Shown one piece after another: positions 10,157-18,394 of a stretch of 35,332 bases of DNA (within the stretch, counting starts at the first letter, position 1; the number at the start of each line of letters is the position of its first letter). The notes below the pieces were generated by a model that was not told the origin of the DNA, did not search any database, and saw nothing but the letters and a program-made list of their open reading frames with translations. Both the position numbers and the translations under genes were made by a program. Source of the DNA: an uncultured Candidatus Sumerlaeota bacterium (GTDB lineage: Bacteria > CAYMEV01); assembly GCA_964389675.1 (NCBI GenBank), contig CAYMEV010000008.1, forward strand, positions 107,084 to 142,415, in the 5' to 3' direction.

Positions 10157-10494
10157 CCAAAGAAATAATTTATAAATTTATTCTTGAAGTAAATTCTCGG
10201 TCTTTACAATTTTGTTTTATTACTGACCTATTTATAAATAATTTGTTTTCTGTTGCAATGTAATTATGATTTTTAAATAATATTAATAAGAAAACACATG
10301 ATTACAATAAGTTGATATTTTTATAATATATAGCTATATATCTTCTCATTGAAGTTTTGAAATTCCTAAAATCGAGAATAATAATTGTTTAGACTGATTT
10401 ATAAAAATTACCTTAGGAGGTAATTTAAAAAATGACATTATCTTTTAAAATTGATATAATACAGCCGAGATACAGAGACAAAAAAGACATGAGG
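10157..10494 (+). promoter_or_regulatory. CRISPR leader with putative array promoter
   Basis: AT-rich region with no long ORF next to the non-degenerate end of the array. It contains ATGACA(10432)-N17-TATAAT(10455) with an extended -10 TG, and a 9-bp inverted repeat at 10405-10426. Confidence 0.75.
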
Positions 10495-13400
10495 GGATAG
10501 ATAGGTACCTTGATGAATAAAGGATTGCGACAGAGAGCCGGGTCGCCCAGTGCACCCGGTTTATCTGCACAGGATAGATAGGTACCTTGATGAATAAAGG
10601 ATTGCGACTTTAAGTCCGGTTCTTTTTAGACAAAAAAAAAGAACCGGTCAGGATAGATAGGTACCTTGATGAATAAAGGATTGCGACGCCTCAAGATCCA
10701 GGCAGTCTATACTGCATTGACTAAAGGATAGATAGGTACCTTGATGAATAAAGGATTGCGACAAAAGTCACGGAGTCAACGATCTCCCGATGTAATTCTA
10801 GGATAGATAGGTACCTTGATGAATAAAGGATTGCGACTTTTTCCTTTTTTTAGTTTAATTAAAAATAATGTCTAAAATAGGATAGATAGGTACCTTGATG
10901 AATAAAGGATTGCGACTCTTAGACAAATGTGTTCGTAGTCGATGATTATCCGTTCTGCAAGGATAGATAGGTACCTTGATGAATAAAGGATTGCGACGCG
11001 ACTAAAGACTGACAGAGCTTATCAAGTCTTGATATTTATGGTAAGGATAGATAGGTACCTTGATGAATAAAGGATTGCGACTTTCGGTATATAATGGTTC
11101 CTTATATCAAGAAACCATTGGATAGATAGGTACCTTGATGAATAAAGGATTGCGACATAAAGCCCCCCCCTTTGTCATTCCTCCTCAAGAGATTCGGATA
11201 GATAGGTACCTTGATGAATAAAGGATTGCGACTTGCACCCAGAGAAGTTTACAATAATCTTATCTGCTGTCATGGATAGATAGGTACCTTGATGAATAAA
11301 GGATTGCGACTCTAAAGTCCGCAACATGCGGATAGCTGCGGACTTATTGAGGATAGATAGGTACCTTGATGAATAAAGGATTGCGACTTCATCAACCCTC
11401 GCTTTCTCAAATATTTCATTGAGGACATTATCCGGATAGATAGGTACCTTGATGAATAAAGGATTGCGACAATAGATAAATTCTCTTATACTGTTGTGTT
11501 TCAGGTTAAAAGGATAGATAGGTACCTTGATGAATAAAGGATTGCGACTATAATCAAGGTTCTTCCTAAATTGCTGAAGCCTGTATGCAAGCGGATAGAT
11601 AGGTACCTTGATGAATAAAGGATTGCGACGGATTCCGCTCTATGCGTGAGTTTTTCCATAATTATCGGATAGATAGGTACCTTGATGAATAAAGGATTGC
11701 GACTGAATTAATTTTTTTCATTTTCTTTACTCCTTTTCATTGGATAGATAGGTACCTTGATGAATAAAGGATTGCGACTTTTATCTTGTCATAGCTGACT
11801 TGGAATTCTTTCAGCGTGTTCGGATAGATAGGTACCTTGATGAATAAAGGATTGCGACTTTGTAAAACAAGGCGTCCATAGCCTCTGTTATTCCTACGGA
11901 TAGATAGGTACCTTGATGAATAAAGGATTGCGACTTAAAATCCCTGAACAATTTTAACTTTTTGTTGTAGATAGGAGAGGATAGATAGGTACCTTGATGA
12001 ATAAAGGATTGCGACTTTTAATAATACTAACATTACTTTTTCTCCTTTTGTTTTTTTGGATAGATAGGTACCTTGATGAATAAAGGATTGCGACCCTTAT
12101 TTATGTATGTGATTTTGTTTTTATTTATACTCATTATAGGATAGATAGGTACCTTGATGAATAAAGGATTGCGACGAAAATCTTTCCAAATTTTCCTTAT
12201 TTATGTATGTGATTTGGATAGATAGGTACCTTGATGAATAAAGGATTGCGACTTGCCTTAAGCTTGCATACAAGCTTAAGGTATCTGAGCCATGGATAGA
12301 TAGGTACCTTGATGAATAAAGGATTGCGACATATAAAGGATTATCAATGAAGATAAAATTTTTATAATAACTTCGGATAGATAGGTACCTTGATGAATAA
12401 AGGATTGCGACCTATCTTCCAGGACGGCATATTTCCGTTTGCCCTTTTCCTCAGGGATAGATAGGTACCTTGATGAATAAAGGATTGCGACCTCTTCTTC
12501 AAGATCTCTAACGGTTTTGATTATCTTCTGGATAGATAGGTACCTTGATGAATAAAGGATTGCGACAGGTTTTTAATAGAAACTAATTCTGAACCCAATA
12601 TAATGGATAGATAGGTACCTTGATGAATAAAGGATTGCGACATGTAATAAGTTGAATATATCTCAGGATAGTGTTAATGATAGGATAGATAGGTACCTTG
12701 ATGAATAAAGGATTGCGACTTTTGTTTTTAATTCTTCCATTTCTTTTCTCCTTTTGGGATAGATAGGTACCTTGATGAATAAAGGATTGCGACTATTTAT
12801 GTATTTAATAAAGCTCATTTCCTATCTCCAATGGATAGATAGGTACCTTGATGAATAAAGGATTGCGACCAGTCCTGCTCTGAGTGTCCATGCTGGTAGA
12901 TTTAATTGGATAGATAGGTACCTTGATGAATAAAGGATTGCGACTTGAAACGCTCTGAAATTGCCTTGATTTCAGCAATCCTTTTCTGGATAGATAGGTA
13001 CCTTGATGAATAAAGGATTGCGACTTAAACCTATCAATAGAAAGAATTTTACCTAAACCTCGGATAGATAGGTACCTTGATGAATAAAGGATTGCGACTA
13101 AAGTCGTGCTTAAAGGCAACGACGTAGTAATATTTTTTATTCGGATAGATAGGTACCTTGATGAATAAAGGATTGCGACTTTTCTATAAAAATCTTTGAG
13201 GCTCATTTGGGCAGGTTCGCCGGGATAGATAGGTACCTTGATGAATAAAGGATTGCGACTGATTTGCTCCTTGTTCAATTCATGGTTGGTAATAGGATAG
13301 ATAGGTACCTTGATGAATAAAGGATTGCGACTTTTCCTCAGCTCAATTAATGGATCATTTACATGAGCTGGATAGATAGGTACCTTGATGAATAAAGGAT

Positions 13401-14036
13401 TGCGACGGATACAATCCTAAAGTTAGCCCTCCGATACTGTAAAAATTTGGATAGATAGGTACCTTGATGAATAAAGGATTGCGACTCGTCTCTGAGTAAA
13501 TCAATTATTTGTTTATATATCTTATAACAGGATAGATAGGTACCTTGATGAATAAAGGATTGCGACTGGATAGTAATGCCTTTATGGCTTTTTCAAGCCT
13601 TCTTGTTCGGATAGATAGGTACCTTGATGAATAAAGGATTGCGACTTCTTTCATACGCATCCTCCGTTCTAATAATTTATTATTAAGGATAGATAGGTAC
13701 CTTGATGAATAAAGGATTGCGACTCTGTAGCGAGCTTGACGAGTTTTACTAAGTGCCTATTTTCTTGGATAGATAGGTACCTTGATGAATAAAGGATTGC
13801 GACTATACGCTATCTCCCTCACTATTTCCTCTAATCTATTATACAGGATAGATAGGTACCTTGATGAATAAAGGATTGCGACTTATCCACCTCTGTTTTT
13901 ATGAATATTTTTGTGAAACTATCAAAGATAGATAGGTACCTTGATGAATAAAGGATTGCGACTTTTAATATCTTTCTTTATAGTCTTTGATTTCTTTTTC
14001 GATAGATAGGTACCTTGATGAATAAAGGATTGAGAC
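10495..14036 (+). CRISPR. CRISPR array with 46 repeats of 37 bp (GGATAGATAGGTACCTTGATGAATAAAGGATTGCGAC) and 45 spacers of about 35-47 nt
   Basis: Counted by eye. The last two repeats are degenerate (first base changed; terminal repeat ends GATTGAGAC), which marks the trailer on the right. A CCTT/AAGG stem is followed by an 8-nt ATTGCGAC 5'-tag, and spacers are T-rich on the + strand, as expected if antisense to mRNA. Confidence 0.99.
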
Positions 14037-14112
14037 AGTTAATATTAATTAAAAGCAGATATTTGCATAATTTGTATTGGAGAAAAATCAGTATTTATTA
14101 TGAAAGGAGGTA

Positions 14113-14274
14113 ATGATGGATAGGCTTTTGCTATTTTTGATCCTGTTCGGGATCTCTTATACAGCCCTGGTGCTTTATGAGATTAGGAAAACATTAATTG
14201 ATCTGAAGACAGGTTTCATTGCAGTGGCTGATTGTATTGAAGAAATGGTGGAATGTCTGAAAGACGAGGAATAG
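14113..14274 (+). CDS. Small (53 aa) predicted single-pass membrane protein
   Basis: A strong RBS (AAAGGAGGT) is followed by ATGATG. Translation: MMDRLLLFLILFGISYTALVLYEIRKTLIDLKTGFIAVADCIEEMVECLKDEE*, with a hydrophobic N-terminal helix. Not in the ORF track. Confidence 0.6.
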   Translation: MMDRLLLFLILFGISYTALVLYEIRKTLIDLKTGFIAVADCIEEMVECLKDEE

Positions 14275-14366
14275 AAAAAATATAATTAAGCTGGTGAGTT
14301 CCTTCAGAACAATGTTTAAGATCATCATTTTTTCCAGAAAATGTATCTTTACTTGCCATTTACACT

Positions 14367-15788
14367 TTAATCAGATTCCCCTAAGGATAATTCTATATTC
14401 TCAACCTCTGCAAAGAACTGAATAAGCTCATCAACAAATCTCTTAAATCCCTTATAATTATTTTCTGTAACAAAGGAAAAACCGTGAGCAAGGACACTAA
14501 AATTACGGTTCTTTAAATGGCTCTGCATCCTTTTTAATGAGAGAGATATTCTTTTTGACAGGCTCAGATCGTCATTAATTGCCTGTAAAATGATATAGCC
14601 TGATATCAGGCTTATCTCTGAAGGGAGAATGGAAACAGACTGCAGGCCTGCAGATTTTCTTATCCTGTTAATCTCTGTAAGAAGATCATTATTATTTAGT
14701 TTTATTTTGCTGTAATCAGGCTTTGCTGTATCAATATCGTACAGGGCAAATCTTCTCTGTTCAAGTATCTCAATGAGTCTGTACAGATAAAGGGAGGCAG
14801 CATCCAGCCTGCCTAAAGCTGCTCTCTTCATAGCATTTTTATATATTATCTGAATAAGCTCTTTCACAGCTTTTTTGTCCTTTAGAAGTTCCAGAGAACT
14901 GTCCCCTGGATTCTTTGGAATAAGGGAAGAGAGATGCAGAAGATCTTCGGTCTTTTTATCCCATTTTTCGCGTAATTTGCCGTAATATTGCCGCTCCAGT
15001 AAATTGGCTTCTTTTATGAGCCCAGCGCTTTCAGATATATTCAGCAGATCTAATTGGTGCAGGGCTTCGGCATGTTTGTATTTTATCATGTATTTCAGAG
15101 GTTCGCGACATTTCTCGCTGAGTTCTCTGTATATTTCTGAAGCACCTCTGTAGTCATAATGCTGAAGCAGGATGTCTGCATTTTTTTCCCTGAGTGTCCC
15201 AAAAACCGCATAGGGGTTATCTATAAATTCCAGATATTCAGAACCAGGCCTAGGTCGCCTTAATTCTTTGAGATAATCTCTATTTCCTATATAAATAAGC
15301 TGAAAATTAAGAAGTGCACCAACCATTGCCAGACCACTGGTCATAGTTTTTTTGCCTGCAGTAATATCTACTGCTATCTTTTTTATACCGCGGTCCTGCC
15401 AGGCATTATAGATGTTTTGAACATTTTTATATATTGAAATGGGGAATGGTTCTACTATCATCTCTTTTTCATAGCTTGATGGCTTTATCTGAGTAAAACT
15501 AATAACCTTATCAAGAGATTGCTCTGATTCTTCGGTACACAGGAAGAGTATCCTTTTTGGTTTAATTGTACTCAAAGACATAATGACAGGCTCCGGGGAT
15601 GTACCGACAGTCATTATAAGACCATCAAAATTTATCTCCTCCAGCTTTTTTTCTTCTTTTATAACAAAATTTCTAAATACTATAGGGAATATCTTTTCCT
15701 CGTAAAACCTATCAAGCTGTTCTTTTGCAGACCCTGTGGCCTTTGCAATCTCTAACCATTGGTTAGTAAGTTTTTTCAATTCATCCAT
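14367..15788 (-). CDS. CARF-HEPN ancillary ribonuclease (TIGR02710 / Csx1-Csm6-like)
   Basis: CARF motifs TVGTSPEP and VDITAGKKTM; C-terminal HEPN motif RNFSVLAHG; YRLIE. Confidence 0.85.
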   Translation of the reverse strand: MDELKKLTNQWLEIAKATGSAKEQLDRFYEEKIFPIVFRNFVIKEEKKLEEINFDGLIMTVGTSPEPVIMSLSTIKPKRILFLCTEESEQSLDKVISFTQIKPSSYEKEMIVEPFPISIYKNVQNIYNAWQDRGIKKIAVDITAGKKTMTSGLAMVGALLNFQLIYIGNRDYLKELRRPRPGSEYLEFIDNPYAVFGTLREKNADILLQHYDYRGASEIYRELSEKCREPLKYMIKYKHAEALHQLDLLNISESAGLIKEANLLERQYYGKLREKWDKKTEDLLHLSSLIPKNPGDSSLELLKDKKAVKELIQIIYKNAMKRAALGRLDAASLYLYRLIEILEQRRFALYDIDTAKPDYSKIKLNNNDLLTEINRIRKSAGLQSVSILPSEISLISGYIILQAINDDLSLSKRISLSLKRMQSHLKNRNFSVLAHGFSFVTENNYKGFKRFVDELIQFFAEVENIELSLGESD

Positions 15789-15794
15789 GGATAT

Positions 15795-17051
15795 CTACTC
15801 CTTCCTTATATTTATTGCCCTATAAGATTCCCTCTGTTTTTTTTTATCAAATGATGGGGTAATGTCAAATATTACTTTTTGCTCGCGGGATATACCTTCA
15901 GGGAGATCCTTTGTAAAACAGAAATAGGATTCGCTGCCCGATTTAATAAAACAGAAAGGTTTTTCAGGGGATATTGAGATAACTTTCCCCTTTAGGTCTT
16001 TTTTTTCATTGCCGGCTGAGGGCTTTCCCTTCAGCCATTCTTTTTTGCATGCTTTCAGGAGTTCATCAATTGTGAATTCTTTTTTCGGGGTTTGAAAGAA
16101 GCTTGATAATTCCTGCAGAGATGCGGACAGCGATTCAGGCATGTTCCAGCCCTTTTCCTCTCTGACCAGCTTTGAAAGCATAAAATGAAAGAAACTCATT
16201 TCATATTGCTCTAAGTCCTTATAGACTCTGCCAAGGTTCTGCATAAGAACCACTTTCATGTCAAGCTTGGGCATTAGACTTGAAGATAAAAGCAGCATGG
16301 GAAGTGCTTTTTCAGGGCAGCCGGTCTCTGCAATAATCTGGCCATATTCATTCAGAATCCACCAATCGGGATGCGGCGTATTGCAGAGAGCTTCATAAAT
16401 CTTAAGTGCCTGTTCGGTGTTTTTAAGGTTATAGAAGGCTTTAGCTTTCAAGCGGAGAAAAAACTTCTTTTGTCTGGGGAATTTATCTATGATTGTCTCT
16501 ATAAGCTCTATGGCTTTGTTATCATCATTGCTGTTAATTAATGATTCTGCATTATAATAATACCACATTGCCCTGTCGCTCCAGTCAGATTTTGTATTTG
16601 TGCTGTTGGGTTTATTATCAAGATCAGCCGGGTTAATAAGGTCTATGTTCTCCTTGATAAAATCAAAACGCTTTGATTTTTTGGCTTCTTTGAATAACTT
16701 AAGCAGAGAGACCTTGAGTGCTGTAATATCAGGCTTTAATGCCTTTATCTTTTCAAAGGCTGTATCTTTGGAATTAAAATCTGCAGAAACATCCATTAGT
16801 ATTCCCTGTATATAGCTCCATATCATCTCGTTCCTGCACCATGCAATATCCTGCAGTTCTGGCGGAATTGCATCAGCTATGCTTATTGCTTCGGCAAATT
16901 TTCTCTGTTTTCTAAGGCAATGCAAGTATCCTGCAGCATCATAGCCATCTTTTGTATCAGATGACTCATAAAGCTCTTTGTATATTGCTTCTGCCTGTTC
17001 ATACTTCTGGTTCTTTCTCAGGTTATTGGCCATTTGCTTTTTAGTATCCAT
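15795..17051 (-). CDS. TPR-repeat protein with a C-terminal cold-shock/OB-fold nucleic-acid-binding domain; function unknown
   Basis: Helical TPR-like repeats throughout. The C-terminus LKGKVISISPEKPFCFIKSGSESYFCF...KVIFDI...YRAINIR resembles a CSD/S1 fold. Confidence 0.7.
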   Translation of the reverse strand: MDTKKQMANNLRKNQKYEQAEAIYKELYESSDTKDGYDAAGYLHCLRKQRKFAEAISIADAIPPELQDIAWCRNEMIWSYIQGILMDVSADFNSKDTAFEKIKALKPDITALKVSLLKLFKEAKKSKRFDFIKENIDLINPADLDNKPNSTNTKSDWSDRAMWYYYNAESLINSNDDNKAIELIETIIDKFPRQKKFFLRLKAKAFYNLKNTEQALKIYEALCNTPHPDWWILNEYGQIIAETGCPEKALPMLLLSSSLMPKLDMKVVLMQNLGRVYKDLEQYEMSFFHFMLSKLVREEKGWNMPESLSASLQELSSFFQTPKKEFTIDELLKACKKEWLKGKPSAGNEKKDLKGKVISISPEKPFCFIKSGSESYFCFTKDLPEGISREQKVIFDITPSFDKKKQRESYRAINIRKE

Positions 17052-17062
17052 AATTCTTTACC

Positions 17063-17356
17063 TCATACTATAATTAAATCATCAAATTCTGTTTTTGTGC
17101 TGAGCCCTGATACCTGTATTGCCGCCTGGCACCTGGAGCAGAGCGAATAATACCTTATGCTGTCCTCTTCAAAATCTATTACCTTCTCAAGTTTGTAACG
17201 CATCTTTATGTACTGATTATAGGTTATGCGGCAGTCGAATACGCTTTTCTGGACCCTTACTCCATAGCTCTTCATTATCTTGGCTACCTTTGCCCTTTTC
17301 CTGTCATCTATTATGTCGTAGCAGACAACTATATACAGAATATTATTCATAGACAT
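17063..17356 (-). CDS. cas2: CRISPR adaptation protein Cas2
   Basis: VVCYDIIDDRKRAKVAK...YGVRVQKSVFDC...DSIRYYSLC. Confidence 0.97.
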   Translation of the reverse strand: MSMNNILYIVVCYDIIDDRKRAKVAKIMKSYGVRVQKSVFDCRITYNQYIKMRYKLEKVIDFEEDSIRYYSLCSRCQAAIQVSGLSTKTEFDDLIIV

Positions 17357-18392
17357 AAGGCTGATAATCAGCCTCTCCCCTCAGGCATTTTACAAAAAGC
17401 CTTATCTGTCTTCTAATAATGTCCCTGTAAGACATGTTCTTCTCCTCCCTGGAATAGTACTCCTCCTTTAAAAGATAGCTCTTGAGCGATACTATAAATG
17501 TCTTTATACCTTCATGGGTCAATCTGACAGGCATGTCTTCCTTGTTATATTCAGTCTCTTCATCGGGGTCAAAATCATCAAGGTCCTCTTTTGAAATAAA
17601 AAAATGCGAAAGCCTTATTCTTTTCTGATTAATCAGCTTTATTACAAGCCTGTCAATAATTAGAGGCCTGAACTCCTCCATCAGGTCAAGGACCAATGAA
17701 GGCCTGCCGTATTTCATGGAATGCAGAGATCCCAGATAGGGATCGAGCCCTGTTATATTTATAGCCTGCTGTACCTCATTGGCCAGTAGAGCATAACCAA
17801 AACTAAGCAGTGCATTGAAAGGATCCTTGGGAGGTCTCCTTGTCCTTTTTTCTATATGGAACTCAGGGGGTTTTATAAGTTTATTGAAAACAGAGAAATA
17901 TACCCTCGCGGCATCCCCCTCATATCCCATGAGGGTATCCAGGTCCTCTGCAATGTTCAGTTTAGGCAGTCTGAATTTTAGGCTTCTTATAACCTCGGTT
18001 ATCTTAATATCCCGTATTACATAATTATGCTTGCGCAGGACTACCATCTCATTTTTAATCTTTGCTTCTATTATTGCTCTTGACTGAACCAGTTTGAACG
18101 AGTCATCTGAGAGCCTGGAGAACTGCAGTTTTCTGAGTTCGATATTTTTACCCCACTGGGTCAGAAGCCTTCCCCTGTATCTGCCGTATACAGTTAGGAA
18201 TACAGTGTCTATTCCCTTCTCCAGGAGAAAAGCTATGCAGGAGGTAGTAATGTTTACATTGCCGAATATTACCACCTGTTCAATATTAAAGTGATGCACC
18301 CATTGTATTGCCTCACCATTCTTCTTTACATAAAGCCTGTTCTGGCTCTTGTGAAGTGAAGCGCCCTGATCTGTCACATACATTACAGACAT
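17343..18392 (-). CDS. cas1: CRISPR integrase Cas1 (no RT fusion)
   Basis: LMGYEGDAARVYF, RTRRPPKDPFNALLSFGY, GLDPYLGSLH and LVLDLMEEFRP. Confidence 0.98.
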   Translation of the reverse strand: MSVMYVTDQGASLHKSQNRLYVKKNGEAIQWVHHFNIEQVVIFGNVNITTSCIAFLLEKGIDTVFLTVYGRYRGRLLTQWGKNIELRKLQFSRLSDDSFKLVQSRAIIEAKIKNEMVVLRKHNYVIRDIKITEVIRSLKFRLPKLNIAEDLDTLMGYEGDAARVYFSVFNKLIKPPEFHIEKRTRRPPKDPFNALLSFGYALLANEVQQAINITGLDPYLGSLHSMKYGRPSLVLDLMEEFRPLIIDRLVIKLINQKRIRLSHFFISKEDLDDFDPDEETEYNKEDMPVRLTHEGIKTFIVSLKSYLLKEEYYSREEKNMSYRDIIRRQIRLFVKCLRGEADYQPYVYE

Positions 18393-18394
18393 AG

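Noticed and set aside
10432-10500. 22-codon ORF in the leader (AGGAGG upstream) ending in the first repeat
   Set aside because: The RBS spacing is long (11 nt), the AGGAGG is part of a palindrome, and the ATG coincides with the predicted -35 box; probably incidental.
12805-13278. 157-aa - strand ORF with repeated RNPLFIKVPIYP
   Set aside because: It is a translation of the CRISPR repeats and spacers, not a gene.
13260-13294. Possible self-targeting: spacer 36 versus AAGGAGCAAAT near 32398, and spacer 21 versus TATAATGAGTA near 2771
   Set aside because: These are only about 11-nt matches in RBS-like or AT-rich sequence. I saw no full-length spacer match in the window, though this was checked only by eye.
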